A stretch of 64,000 nucleotides of DNA from Eledone cirrhosa (GCA_964016885.1 OZ024745.1:128154001-128218000); one strand, 5' to 3'; shown: positions 1 to 13,785, counted from the first letter of the stretch. Made by a program: numbers and translations. Notes: generated from the sequence alone by a model not told the origin.

Positions 1-310
1 GATATTTACCAAAAAGAAGAACTAGTCAACATCATTGGATACCATCAGGGTTGCAGGTGTTATATCAGAGTTTTCCTTCTCCTAGAATTCTGCCTTGACA
101 AAGGCTAAGGGGTCATCTCTCCCGGTGATTTTGTCAGTTGGTGCTACTGGTAACAAGTATCCCAGTACAATCTGTCTCGTGGTGGAGTCGTTGGCGACTA
201 AACTGGCAACCCCACCAAGGTTTCTTGGTGAGGAGGGTGACTTTGGACATCCTGCAGGACTAAAAACAAAACCTGTAAAAGGGCAAAGGAGCTCTTAAGA
301 GTCAATGGCC
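1..310. mobile_element. Rearranged copy of the ~600-bp non-autonomous RTE-type element (internal inversion)
   Basis: 1-133 is the reverse complement of 45411-45543. 134-310 matches about 45230-45405 in forward orientation. Confidence 0.85.
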
Positions 311-905
311 ATATATATATATATATACATACATACACATACATACATACATACATGCATACATGCAAATATACGTATATACATACATACATACTTACAT
401 ACATATGGTACATAGTCATATAAATATATGTAGATACATTCGTGTATCATACTCGTTTGTAAGGTTCATAAAATAGAGATAAGAGATATCAGAGGAATCA
501 CAGATATATGTTAATGACCCTATCAGATTATCGTGTGGACAACCGATATGATTGTAACATGGCGTCTCTCCATTACTTCTTTGCAAACAGGCAAAACAAA
601 ATGTCAACATTAGTCTACACTACTTACAATTTCCTTTGACAACACCTCGAAAATTATTTCTCACAATCACGCATTCGCTCACGTTTATAAACACAAATGG
701 ACGCTACGCGCTCATTTACGTATACATAGGGTGTGCTATTGATGGTAGCGAATGTATGTATATAACGAATATATATGTACACACACGCGCAGATGCTCAC
801 GTACAAAGACACACACACAGATACACAGATGCACTCATACATATATAATATATATATATATATATATACATATATTACATATATACATATATATATGCAT
901 GTATG

Positions 906-1054
<149 letters not shown>

Positions 1055-1086
1055 TATATTATATTATATTGTTATTATTATTATAT

Positions 1087-1293
1087 GGCGGTGGATTGGC
1101 AGTATCGGTAGAGAGTCGGACACCATGCTTTTCAGCATAGAGTTACGTCCCTTTGTGGTCTGAGTTCAAATCCCGCCGAGGTTAACTTTGCTTTTCATCT
1201 TTACGGGGTCGATAAAATAAAGTACCAGTAATGTACTGGGTAATTTCTGGCCTTGTGCCAAAAAATAGAAGCAATTATTATTATTATTATTAT
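1087..1293 (+). mobile_element. tRNA-derived SINE (family 1)
   Basis: A-box-like ttggcagtatcgg, B-box gagttcaaatcc, conserved body ggggtcgataaaataaagtaccagt and (TTA)n tail. More than 15 related copies in the window. Confidence 0.9.
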
Positions 1294-1411
1294 TACTTTC
1301 AAAGTAAAGGGTGTCATGAATGATACACAATCAAACATATGTCTTGTCTCTAAAAACAGCTCAAGATAGAATTCAGAGAATAAAATCGAGCCTTAATCAT
1401 TATAAGAAAGA

Positions 1412-1769
1412 GATTGAAATATATTCATACACAGTTAAGTGTACATTAAGACATATCAACACATAGAACTAGAGACAATCTACACTGAAAGTAAGACTAC
1501 ATAATTCGTTGAGTATCTTATTAAATCTAATAAAAAATTTAAATCAAAATACCTGAAAACGATCAAATATATTTCCCTCATATGTATTCTCCACAAAATC
1601 AGAATACATTTCACCAAATAACGGCGAGATTGGATATTTATTAGATTTAAGAAGATACTCAAATAATTATGTAGTCTTACTTTCAACGTAGATTGTCTCT
1701 AGTTCTATCTAGTTCTATGTTTTTATATATCTTAGTGCACACTTATCTGTGTATGAATATATTTCAATC
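1412..1769. repeat. Imperfect inverted repeat (arms ~1412-1535 and ~1637-1769)
   Basis: gattgaaatatattcatacacag... pairs with ...ctgtgtatgaatatatttcaatc. The minus strand of the spacer reads GAAA-UGUAUUCU...AGAAUACA-UA, like the 3' half of an HHR. Confidence 0.8.
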
Positions 1770-1803
1770 ACTTCCTTATAAATATATATATAGAGAGAGA
1801 AAG

Positions 1804-1836
<33 letters not shown>

Positions 1837-1839
<3 letters not shown>

Positions 1840-2007
1840 CGGAAGAAATGTGGTAAGGAACCAGGTGGACCATAACGCACCAAAGTACTCAATACTTAGA
1901 GTAGTAGAGTGGGTAATAGGAACGAGTAGGACCCCGACGGCTGAGCTCAAGCCGTTTCGACGGCTAATTCTGGACTATATATATATATATATATATATAT
2001 AGTCCAG

Positions 2008-2011
<4 letters not shown>
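1837..2011. mobile_element. Dispersed (TA)n-associated hairpin-ended repeat (family C)
   Basis: gtggtaaggaaccag.tggaccataacgcacc...gagctcaagccgtttcgacggcta recurs at about 13935-14120, 22940-23122, 38412-38617 and 52752-52914, and as a degenerate copy at 61705-61762. Confidence 0.8.
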
Positions 2012-2067
<56 letters not shown>

Positions 2068-2415
2068 TCATATATATATATATATATATATATTATTATT
2101 ATTATTTCTACACTTGGCGGTGAATTGGCAGTATCGGCATTTGGACCCAGGACGTAAAGGACCATAACTCTGCAAAAATGCTGTCCGATCCTCTACCGAT
2201 GCTGCCAGTCCACCACCGTATGGGAACAAAGAATCAGTGTTACATCATATACATATTTAATTACATATTACATATGTTTCACTGTCGATCAGCTCGAGAA
2301 ACGATCTATTATTGATCGATCTGACACTGGAATCGGAAGCTCCACGGATATGTATAAAGATGTAGACTCGCGTCTGTTTTTATAATAAACAATTAAATAA
2401 ATAATCACACACACA

Positions 2416-2474
<59 letters not shown>

Positions 2475-2581
2475 TATTTTCCGTTGTGTTGTAATATAAA
2501 TATTACACACAGTAGATTGACAGCTCACGTAGAGTTTGCTCGACGGTTCCAGTTGTAGTTCCAAAAGTAATCCGGAGAAAA

Positions 2582-2794
2582 ATAGAAAGATTTGAATGGA
2601 TACAGTTTAGTTGAAAGGAATTTATTGACACGTGTTTCTATAACAGTTACATAACCTGAATAAATAATAACATTGAAATATTGAATGTCTGCATAACTAA
2701 AACTTTGTAGATAGAGCCGTTTTCAGGTTATGTAACTGTTATAGAAACCCGTGTCAATAAATTCCTTTCAACTAAACTGTATCCATTCAAATCT

Positions 2795-2799
<5 letters not shown>
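2582..2799. repeat. Inverted repeat, ~78-bp arms
   Basis: tagaaagatttgaatggatacag...acctgaa versus ttcaggt...ctgtatccattcaaatctttcta. The arms contain GAAA-CACGUG-UC (palindromic HHR-like stem III) but no CUGANGA. Confidence 0.85.
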
Positions 2800-2833
<34 letters not shown>

Positions 2834-2854
2834 TATATATATTTATATATATAG

Positions 2855-3049
2855 TAATAATTGTTTCTACTTTGGGCACAAGGCCAGCAATTATCCCAGT
2901 GCATTACGGGTACTTTATTTTATCGACTCCGTAAGGATGAAAGCCAAAGTTAACCACGGCGGGATTTGAACTCAGTCCGTAAAGGGACGTAACTCTGTCC
3001 TGCAAAGTATGGCGTCGGACCCTCTAACGATACTGCCAATCCACCGCCC
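2855..3049 (-). mobile_element. tRNA-derived SINE (family 1)
   Basis: Reverse complement of the 1087-1293 consensus. Confidence 0.9.
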
Positions 3050-3159
3050 ATATATATATAGTAATAATAATAAATGTGAAGACTAAAATCCAAAGCGGGA
3101 TCGATAAGGTTAAAAATATATGAAATATATAAGAACCCTAGAGCAAATATATATATATA

Positions 3160-3305
3160 TAGTTATGTAATAAACAACATAAGATAATTATTTCATTTAC
3201 TCCAGTACATTTTATTCGTTCTGACGACTGAAGACATATAAATATCTGTCTGGTAAAACCACTGGTAAATGAAATGATTATCTTATGTTGTTCATTACAT
3301 AACTA
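3160..3305 (+). repeat. Inverted repeat enclosing a degenerate hammerhead (same family as 39610-39670)
   Basis: Arms tagttatgtaataaacaacataagataa / ttatcttatgttgttcattacataacta. Inside: uucguu-CUGACGA...AAAA-CCACUGG-UA-aaugaa, with GAAA mutated. Confidence 0.6.
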
Positions 3306-3334
3306 CAAAGCTCTGTAGCCTACATAGAGCACTC

Positions 3335-3367
3335 TATTTCCATTTACCTTTACTTCGGAAATACTTC

Positions 3368-3455
<88 letters not shown>

Positions 3456-3494
3456 ATAAATGAAGTATTTCCGAAGTAAAGGTAAATGGAAATA
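3335..3494. repeat. ~37-bp inverted repeat bracketing a (TA)n(TG)n tract
   Basis: tatttccatttacctttacttcggaaatacttcatt / aatgaagtatttccgaagtaaaggtaaatggaaata. Confidence 0.9.
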
Positions 3495-4095
3495 TACACA
3501 CAAAATGGTATATATATATATATATAGTGACGAAACATAAGTCAATATTCAGTTATACATATATATGTATATGTATGTGGATATGTATGCGTTTGTGTGT
3601 ATAAATAATTTGTATTTGGGATGATAATTTTGTTATGAGTATATATTTATTTGACCATTTTAGCTACTTTTATCTTATGTACGTTTGCTAGTATGTGTGT
3701 GTGCACGCGCATGTGTGTGTGTACGTGCGTGTGTGTGTTGGAGTGTGTGTGTGTGTGTGTGTTGAAGTGTGTGTGTATGTATATATGTATGTGCACATTT
3801 GATTGTACTTTTATTTGTATACCTTGTCAACCACGTTTCTACTCCCCCGTCATTTTGTGAGTATATATATGTGTGTGTGTGTGTATGTGTGTGTGTGTAT
3901 ATATATATACATATATATGTGTGTGTGTATATGTGTGTGTGTGTATATATATGTGTGTGTGTATGTGTGTGTGTGTATGTGTGTGTGTATATGTGTGTGT
4001 GTTTGTGTGTGTGTGTATGTCTGTGTGTGTGTGTGTGTATATATGTGTGTGTGTGTGTGTGTGTATGTGTGTGTGTATATATGTGTGTGTGTGTG

Positions 4096-4146
<51 letters not shown>

Positions 4147-4147
4147 G

Positions 4148-4184
<37 letters not shown>

Positions 4185-5479
4185 ATTTATATATATATAT
4201 GTGTGTGTGTGTGTTAGATATTTATCGCTGGAGCTATTGTCTGTGCCGAAGCCTCTTCTGATCGTATCACTTGAGATAAAAGACATTCCACTCATTGCTA
4301 TCCCGTCTTTTCTCATATCTATGACTACGTTTACTAACGAGGCTTTCTTGGGTTATTTAACGAACATATCACTGTTATTCACATTTCAAGTAATCACGCC
4401 AAGCCTTCTCGCTGGCTCACGCTTACACTTATCATTGTTTCTGCTGAGCAAGATCGCTTTTAACTGAATGGTAGGCAATATATATTTGGGTAAACAGTAC
4501 TTGTATGTTAAGTACAATTTCTTTTGAAAAATGCAGACAGCGAAAAAGAATATTTTGTATTTTGGACCTCTTGTTGCGCTTTAGATTTTAATATTAGATT
4601 CTACTCCATATACAATACGATTCTTTAACTGTAAAATATGCAACACATTTGTGTTTTAGTTCCATTAAATATTACCAAATTGCCCGGTTAGAATATTTGA
4701 GACGAAGAGGAGCATGTGTTATTTAACCTATAGGTCATTCATGGTCGAGCAAAAGCCTATGATTAAAAGCACTCCAGCTGTGACCATCTCAATTTTTTGC
4801 AGATTTATGTGTATCCAAGACTACCTTTTAAGGCAGTAAGGATCTGATTTGGTGTAGATTTGATTAACAACGAAGAGGCTCCCCTCATGGTCCCACAATT
4901 CTCATTGATGGTAGTGATGGACTCCTAGCTGGAGTTATTCAGAATAAGTGGGGAACATGGCTATTATTTTTCACTAAGCGGAAATGGGGTAGGCTGCACC
5001 ATCTGTCATGTGTTTGCCTTAATATATCTATTTGTCTATCAGTATAAATATTTCCGTTTTAAAGATACCTTTGGGTATATTTTTGTCACTTATAACTAGC
5101 TATGATGAATAGCTTCTAACCTTTTGCTTTATACCTGCATTAACATCCAGCTCATATATATATCTATTTGCTTGAAAACTGAGTTTTTCTATTAATGGGA
5201 GTATGAAAAGACCGTATATATTTGCATGACTTTAACGATACAGCTTAGAAAGCTTCACGAGAAAAACATCCTTCAAATAAGACTGGTTATCTAAAGCGTG
5301 TGCGCAAATGTGTCTGTGTGTGTGCGTTTGCGTGTATGTGTGTGCGCGTGAGTATATGCGTGTGTGAGTGCGTGTATAATCGTGTGTGTGTCTGTGTGTA
5401 TGTGTGTATGTGTGCATGTGTGCGTTTGCGTGTATGTGTGTGCGCGTGAGTATATGCGTGTGTGAATGTGTGTATAATC

Positions 5480-5515
<36 letters not shown>

Positions 5516-5746
5516 GCATGTGTGCATGTGTGCGTTAGCGTGTGTATGAGTGTGTGCACGAGAGTGTGTGTGTGTGTGTATGTGTGAGTGTTTGTGTGTG
5601 TGTGTGCACGTATATGTTTCATAGTAATTTGTTTACTTTATCCAGATAACCGGAAACGATGCTGGGTGCTTCCGGTAGTTAACCTCGAACACGATGGGGG
5701 GAATAGAATATATTTTGGAAAAATATCGTGATATTTCTCCCAATAT

Positions 5747-6590
5747 ACATACACATGGGCTGAACTTATAGTGATAGACACATACACATGGGCTGAACTT
5801 ATAGTGATAGACACATACCCATGGGCTGAACTTATAGTGATAGACACATACACATGGGCTGAACTTATAGTGATAGACACATACACATGGGCTGAACTTA
5901 TAGTGATAGACACATACCCATGGCCTGAACTTATAGTGATAGACACATACACATGGGCTGAACTTATAGTGATAGACACATACACATGGGCTGAACTTAT
6001 AGTGATAGACACATACACATGGGCTGAACTTATAGTGATAGACACATACACATGGGCTGAACTTATAGTGATAGACACATACCCATGGGCTGAACTTATA
6101 GTGATAGACACATACCCATGGGCTGAACTTATAGTGATAGACACATACACATGGGCTGAACTTATAGTGATAGACACATACACATGGGCTGAACTTATAG
6201 TGATAGACACATACACATGGGCTGAACTTATAGTGATAGACACATACACATGGGCTGAACTTATAGTGATAGACACATACACATGGCCTGAACTTATAGT
6301 GATAGACACATACCCATGGGCTGAACTTATAGTGATAGACACATACACATGGCCTGAACTTATAGTGATAGACACCTACCCATGGGCTGAACTTATAGTG
6401 ATAGACACATACACATGGGCTGAACTTATAGTGATAGACACATACACATGGGCTGAACTTATAGTGATAGACACATACCCATGGGCTGAACTTATAGTGA
6501 TAGACACATACCCATGGGCTGAACTTATAGTGATAGACACATACACATGGGCTGAACTTATAGTGATAGACACATACACATGGGCTGAAC
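5747..6590. repeat. 33-bp minisatellite, ~25.5 copies
   Basis: Unit acatacacatgggctgaacttatagtgatagac with a few recurring variants (acc/aca, ggc/gcc). No spacers between units. Confidence 0.97.
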
Positions 6591-6640
6591 CAGCCTCCTC
6601 ACTTTCTCTATTGATGATCATAAGCTATATATTTGTTACT

Positions 6641-6995
6641 CCTTCTTCTTCTTCTTCTTCTTCTTCTTCTTCTTCTTCTTCTTCTTCTTCTTCTTCTTCT
6701 TCTTCTTCTTCTTCTTCTTCTTCTTCTTCTTCTTCTTCTTCTTCTTCTTCTTCTTCTTCTTCTTCTTCATGGGTGGGTCGTTGAGTCCTCAAACACTCAT
6801 TCCAGCAGGTCCAGTCAGAAGCAACCGTCTCCCACGGATCTGGTTGGATCCCCAAACGAGACCAGCCCAGCTCATGGATGATATCCAACTATCTTGCTCG
6901 GGGTTTACCCCTGGGTCTCCTGTTGGTTGGTTTTGCTTCTAACATCTGCCCAGCGATTCTTTTCTGAGACATTCTAACCACATATTCATAGTATT
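6641..6995 (-). mobile_element. RTE-clade LINE 3' end with (GAA)n tail
   Basis: Minus-strand translation ...RIAGQMLEAKPTNRRPRGKPRAR*LDIIHELGW... is an RTE-type C-terminus, followed by a long (GAA)n. Relatives at about 48065 and 55345. Confidence 0.8.
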
Positions 6996-7552
6996 GGACC
7001 TTTGATCTATTAATTACTTATTGTTTATTTAATTAATTGATTGTTTATCTAAATTCCATTTATTCAGAATGTTCTAGATAAAATCTAATGGCCGCCTGCA
7101 TTGATTCCACTATTTATGTCATCTCTTTCTCTATATATTCCATGTGAATATAATGAACGAATCTTTCACCGATTTCTTCTCGTATAGTATAAACTTAAAT
7201 GTTATAAATACCTTTGTGAAAATCGGTAGCGTGATGTACGAAATACTTTGCGTTATTTAGTTACGTCCTTTTATGTTCCGGATTTAAATTATTTTGAATG
7301 TGCGTTTAGCCATTTACTGAATCTATATAATTACCTGTTCCCTTCCCCAGAATTACGAACTTATGGCTAAGTTAGAAATCAATATATAATTAAAAGCCAT
7401 GGGTAGGAAAGCCGTCACGTACTCCTCTCACAAAGTTTCAAGCCATGTGCCCATACAAGGATTCGATGTTACATATTTTTATCATTGACAGATGTCCTTA
7501 AATGTAGGGTGCTGGCAAAGTATCTTTGATTAAATCTACCATATTACTTGAA

Positions 7553-7790
7553 TGGGAAGGCACTGGACTTAATGGATAGAACGCTGGGCTCACGATTTTA
7601 ACCTCATGTGTTCGATGCTCGGATATGGTGGTCCGTTCTGTCCACTCAGTTGGCAAAAAATGAGTTGCATCAGTAGTTCAAGATATTATACTATTCCCAC
7701 ATAGAGAACTACGTAGAGGGTGCAGCCATCGTCGAAAATGGCGGAGGTCCAACAACAACCTGACAGGCATTCATTTATGACAACAAAATG
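7553..7790 (+). mobile_element. Degenerate tRNA-derived SINE (family 2)
   Basis: gaaggcactggacttaatggatag head and ccactcagttggcaaaaaatgagt body resemble 44497-44830. Confidence 0.55.
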
Positions 7791-7819
7791 AGAAAAGACA
7801 GACATTGCAGAATTTTCAC

Positions 7820-7960
7820 TCATAGGGCTACCTCCCTACTCACCACCATAGGCGCTGAGCTGGCCAGCCGTAGGTGTGAGTCCCGTGAGTTGGAGTGGCT
7901 TTTCCAGCGCGTCTCCCTTGGCTTCCTCTGGGGAAACGCCTTCTCCATTCTGACCACCGG
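7820..7960 (+). pseudogene. C-terminal remnant of a CRE-like (REL-type) non-LTR retrotransposon ORF
   Basis: ...LLTTIGAELASRRCESRELEWLFQRVSLGFLWGNAFSIL resembles the QRxSxAxxRGNAxSIL terminus of CRE-like elements. Confidence 0.55.
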
Positions 7961-8424
7961 GGCTGTGTGTGCGTGGGGGGGGGGGGGCATTGCGTATCAT
8001 TCCATATTTAATTATGGTCAGTATGTGTATGTTTATGTTTTACAAAGGAGCAGGTAGTTTCCTTTCTTTGTTTGCTTATTTAAGTAATAAAACTAGCAAA
8101 ATGGTAATAAAAAAATAAAAAAAACTAATAACAAAGTATATTTTGCGATGCTCTAAATCTTCAATCAATTTAAAGGTCTTCATTAATCGATATTATCAAC
8201 ACTAACCTACTCAGGTGGTTGTCATTGGTTGTTATTTCTTTCATTTTCAGTATATATATATTTTGTTGAGGCGCGTGGCTAAATGGTTAGAGAATTGGAT
8301 TCTCAATCGATAGTTAGTATTAGCAATTGGAAAGACCGATGGGAACATTGTTTCCTCGGTCCGATTTGAAGAAAAGTCGATCGACTGTCAATTTAAATAA
8401 GGTTAACTATATGTAATTTTTTAA

Positions 8425-8592
<168 letters not shown>

Positions 8593-8607
8593 ATATATAT
8601 ATGTATA

Positions 8608-9287
8608 CTAGCTAAAGTACCCGTCCTTTGGACGGTTCAAGTAGCTTTTGATGTAGCTCATTAAACTAAACAAAGTAAATTTGAATACATAGAAGAAAAA
8701 CGTACTTTATGTAAACATGAAAACCTTAGGCACTATTCCAGCGAAATAATTAATATGTGAGCTCGGTGTCTTTTTTTACAACAGTAAAAGCGCATCATGA
8801 AATAGAGAAGTGAAGTGAATAATAGACAGTATTATGTACAAAGCATAATATTGTAAAAGTTATGACATCACTTTATGTATGAACATCAAGCTTTGAAACG
8901 ATAAATTATACAATGTCAAATCTATAACTTAACTTAGTAATCTGTTAGAAATTGTTGGTTGTGAAATATACAAAATGATATTGTTAGTTTCAAAGAAGCG
9001 TACATTTTGTTTCAAGTACAAAGAGTAAATTAAAATCCGAATGAGCCGAATTACGAAAGATAACTCTTGTCTTACTTAATCACGAAAATTCACACAAATA
9101 ACCGAAACTTTTTTAATGTTTCCAAAGGCCCCAATATCGATATTTGAAAGCCTTTGTAGATTTGTGCAAGGAGAAGCTCTGTAAAAAAATTTCAAAGAAA
9201 TCGCATGAATGGTTTAGAATATATGAGCCCTCATTAAAAATTGTCCACACACACATACAGAAAACTTCATCTTTATATATATACAGA
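8608..9287 (-). mobile_element. Non-autonomous Helitron, apparently complete (680 bp)
   Basis: Minus strand starts A|TCtgtatatatataaag and ends with hairpin ccgtcc-aaa-ggacgg, then gtactttag-CTAG|T. Inserted between A and T with no TSD. Confidence 0.8.
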
Positions 9288-9814
9288 TATGTATGTGTGT
9301 GTGTATGTTAGATTGGATATTTAAAGTACCGTAGTACTTAAAACATTCAAACATTAATGTGTACTCAATAAGCGTATGTAGAATGTACATTTTCCTTAAC
9401 GTGTGACTGTTTTGTTTGTGTATTATTAAATATATTCGTGGTGTGTGTAGGTTGAATGAAAGTTAGAGAAAGAAAAGGGTGAGATAATTGCTTTTCTATA
9501 TAGTGATTTGATAGCTATATCTCTAAGTGTTTCTGAAACATTTCTACCCCTTACACATAGAATGTCTGGTTTCTGAGTTATATTTTAGGCTGTATTGTCA
9601 ATATTGTCATCGCTGTTGTGTTACTTGTTCTTCTTTTTGCCATGTCTAGTCTTATTAATTCAATTATTTTACGATTGATTACATTATGGCGACTGATGCT
9701 ATTGATTTCTATTCATGCCTACTATATCGCTTCAGGGGATTAATTATGTATTCAGTACTAATCGAATGTATCAATATTATTCCTTTTCATAAGACCATGT
9801 GCTCTAGTCTCGTT

Positions 9815-9901
<87 letters not shown>

Positions 9902-9902
9902 T

Positions 9903-9933
<31 letters not shown>

Positions 9934-9962
9934 ATGTGTGTATGTGTGTATTTATACATATG

Positions 9963-10458
9963 TATATAATAATGTATGTAGAAATAAACACAGTAAATTG
10001 TGTGTCTAAAATTACGAGGGTTGAAATACCAAATTGGTTTGATAAATTTAACCTGAAGCAAACGTATAATATACAAGGTGAGCTTATAAGTTGGGTGTAT
10101 TAAGGCTATTATTTCTAGCATATCCACTCCCACCACTTCTAACTTCCAACGCACGAGGTGAGATATTCATTCGTGTGGCTTGTAGTTGCTTGTAGTTGTA
10201 TGTGTTTGTTCCATTTGATCTTATCTCTTGCTGAGGAAAGCCTACGGATTATCTGTTACAAACACAATTTTCAGGGCGAAACAGATTAAATCTCTAATCT
10301 GTCCGAGGAATGAAATAGTTATTGAGACGGTCTGTATATATATATTATATATCTTACGTTTGCTTCAGGTTAAATTTATCAAACCAATGTGGTATTTCAA
10401 CCCTCGTAACTTTAGACACACAATTTACTGTGTTTATTTCTACATATATTATTATATA
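9963..10458. repeat. Inverted repeat (arms 9963-10066 and 10355-10458)
   Basis: ~104-bp arms with few mismatches. The spacer contains an HHR-like motif. Confidence 0.9.
10226..10308 (+). ncRNA. Hammerhead ribozyme-like motif (type I, imperfect stem II)
   Basis: ucuug-CUGAGGA-aagccu...agggc-GAAA-CAGAUUA(aaucuc)UAAUCUG-UC^cgagg. Stem III is a perfect 7 bp. Confidence 0.55.
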
Positions 10459-10568
10459 ATGCTCAGTATTTATATTTGAGCTTGTTAATTGCAGGGTATT
10501 AATATGAGTTAGTAACCCAGTATTTTATTTGTACATATGTATATATATATATATGCATACACACACAT

Positions 10569-10621
<53 letters not shown>

Positions 10622-10682
10622 GGAAAAATTTGAACAGGGACAAAACAGAGAGGCAGTACAACGAATGTTTATTAATTTCACG

Positions 10683-10776
<94 letters not shown>

Positions 10777-10788
10777 ATATATATATGT

Positions 10789-10840
<52 letters not shown>

Positions 10841-11464
10841 ATTTGCTTACCCTTAATATAGTGATCTGCTGTAAAGGTGTTCATTTTAAGTTACGTTTGT
10901 TCTAAATATCAACACTCTGCAAGAGGCTGTTTTGTGTAAAACTACCATTTTTTATTTAATCTTCAAATATTTCCTTTAAAATGATCAAGTTGATAGGGTA
11001 TCAGACTACAATCAATAGAGTTGATGGCGTGGGTCTCAATACTGGCATTCTGCCATGCCTGTCACCAAAAACACTCATGGTTTTAATGGCCAAAATTAAA
11101 ATATTTGTGAAAATTCTTCATAAGAACTATAGCAAAGAGAATCATTTTTCATTTTTTTTTTAGTCAGATTTCGTAGTGTTGAATGTATGAAAGATAAAGG
11201 CTTCTTGGATAACATACTGGTCTATTATATGTAACCTTTCCCTCAGAAGAAATTGAAGGTGACATTGCAAAGTCAGATATACATTCTCATGAAATCTACA
11301 GTATTGTTGTCTAATATTTTTTTTTAGTATTTTTAATAGTACAAAGAACAACTTTATCATACGTAAGCGCGATGACGGGTGTGCTCATGACCAAGCAGCA
11401 GCAACAACAACAACATTTATGCTTTGTTTATCTTCTAGTAGTGAACAATTAATTTTCGCAATCA

Positions 11465-11772
11465 AAGAGTTACGGCCCTTTACGTTCTGCGTTCAAATCC
11501 TGTCGAAGTTAGCTCTGCCTTTCATTCATAGGTGGTCGATAAATAAAGAACCAGTCATGTACTGGGGTCGATTTAATCGACTTTCCTGTCACATAAAATT
11601 ACTGGGCTTGTGCCTAAATCAGAAATCAATATTATTATTATTATTATTACTATTATTATTATTATTATAAAAGGTGGTGGATTGCCGGTATCGGTAGAGC
11701 GATTTAATCGACTTTCCTATCCTCATAATTGCTGGCCTTGTGCCAAAAGTAGAAACAATTATTATTATTATT
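11465..11772 (+). mobile_element. Two adjacent partial family-1 SINEs
   Basis: gagttacggccctttacg...gtcgataaataaagaaccag...ttgtgcc and (TTA)n, then a second internally deleted copy. Confidence 0.8.
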
Positions 11773-13050
11773 CATGTTTTCTTCATAATTTCTGTTCTTA
11801 TGATAATGTATGACATAATGCTGGTATAAGATATTAAATGGGGTGTTTAACAAAACAGTAGCTAAGATTGGAAAGTTTCTCTTTTGGTGGTGTTTTTTTT
11901 CTTTTTCATATATTTTTCTGAAATTTTGTAATTAAGCTTGGAATTTTTCAAACAAATACACCATCGTTTTCCTCTCTTAATTGTTTATCTGTTTTGATTA
12001 ATAAACAGCCATCGTATTATTTCTGTGATTTCTTTCTACTTTTTATAATGACAAATCTCTGTACTCACTGACTGAATCATGATCATGTCGGAAACATTAT
12101 AGAATGTAACATAACTTACATAAAACTAAGATAAGTTATCTACATAATTGTAAAGTGTACTACACGCATTGTCAACATTGGCATCTCTGAGTGTAAATAA
12201 TTTGATTTGATTCAACTCATTTGTGTATTTTCTATAAGACAATTGTTTACCTAATAGCAATCTGGCAAACAGGATATAGAAATAGAGGCGCAACTAGGTC
12301 CAACGGTTCACGTTGTCAATCTACTTCCCTTCTGCAAAATCTTCTTGACGATACCAAGCATCGGACATGACATGGCATTTACCCCTGGAACCTTTCAAGG
12401 GAAAACATTGGATTGTGTTTGTAAACGGCCCTACACTAAACTTCTATCAACTATGTAAGAATATGTTGCATTTCAAATCCATGATTTTCGTCCTGATTAC
12501 ATTACATAAATCCCGCCGAGGTTAACTTTGCTTTTCATCCTTACGGGGTCGATAAAATAAAGTACCAGTAATGTACTGGGATAATTGCTGGCCTTGTGCC
12601 AAAAGTAGAAACAATTATTCTACACAGTAAATAGTAACTAAATTTCCGTCAAATCGTCCTCTATCATCATAAATAAAGCCACAACACATCCGGCAATGTA
12701 GACTCTAATATACAAAAATAACAGCTTGAAATCCTTTGATCATAGATCTACTTGGTTAGGCCCAGCATAGCTACAAGGATACGTTAATATAACTGTGTAT
12801 TGTTCATCCTTAAGTTTGGTTTGATCGAGCCTATATATGAGGTCTGATAGTATACAGTTATATAACTGCTATAGATCAGACAATATGTCAATATGATCAA
12901 CCCTCCGAAACGATCGTAAAACAATGATATAAATAGGTAAAATACCTCGACTTTGTTGTTGTTATTTTCATTGTTAAATTAATACTTAATATATATATAT
13001 ATATATATACGATATTAAATAAATGGAAAGTATATTTATAAAACCATATT

Positions 13051-13116
13051 TATTTCATTATATATATTTCAGGGATATCATATTAAAAATATGGTATGCC
13101 TTCATCAGACAAAATA
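13051..13116 (-). ncRNA. Minimal type-I hammerhead ribozyme, family A
   Basis: Exact reverse complement of 13720-13785. Confidence 0.75.
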
Positions 13117-13207
13117 CAATATAAACAGTCTTATAAATAGATAGATTTGACATACCTTACACTTCAACTTCCATTTAAAAAGTTGATTTTTTTTTCTCTC
13201 TCTCTCT

Positions 13208-13262
<55 letters not shown>

Positions 13263-13719
13263 CCCTCTGTTTTTTCTCTCTCTATCTATCTCTCTCTGTT
13301 TTTTCTTTACATGAATTTCTTCTCTCTATCTATCTCTCTATATCTATCTCTCTCGGTTTTTCGTTGCATGCATTTCTTCTTTTTCTTCGTTTTCTTTCTT
13401 TCTTTCTTTTCTTTTTTTCTCTATAACTGTCCCCACACTTCAACTTCCATTTAAAAAGTTGATTTGGTAGTGAAAAATGTTAGGGACAGTTATAGAGAAA
13501 AAAAGAAAAGAAAGAAAGAAAGAAAACGAAGAAAAAGAAGAAATGCATGCAACGAAAAACCGAGAGAGATAGATAGAGAGAGAAAAAACAGAGGGAGATA
13601 GATAGAGAGAGAGAGAGAGAGAGAAAAGAGAGAGAGAAAGAAAAAAAAATCAACTTTTTAAATGGAAGTTGAAGTGTAAGGTATGTCAAATCTATCTATT
13701 TATAAGACTGTTTATATTG

Positions 13720-13785
13720 TATTTTGTCTGATGAAGGCATACCATATTTTTAATATGATATCCCTGAAATATATATAATGAAATA
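13720..13785 (+). ncRNA. Minimal type-I hammerhead ribozyme, family A
   Basis: uauuuugu-CUGAUGA-agg..cauauu(uuu)aauaug..ccu-GAAA-UAUAUA-UA^augaaaua. Stem I is 8 bp and stem III is palindromic. Confidence 0.75.

Noticed and set aside
1087-1180. tRNA genes at SINE heads
   Set aside because: A and B boxes are present, but there is no cloverleaf and each continues into a SINE body and tail.
4218-4470. Unique sequence bounded by AG and GT, possible exon
   Set aside because: No recognisable protein, stops in most frames and no partner exons identified.
5747-6590. 33-bp repeats as a CRISPR array
   Set aside because: The units are contiguous with no unique spacers, the context is eukaryotic and there are no cas genes.
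12258-12454. Open frame between AG and GTAAG, possible exon
   Set aside because: Weak acceptor and unrecognisable peptide. It cannot be supported without transcript data.
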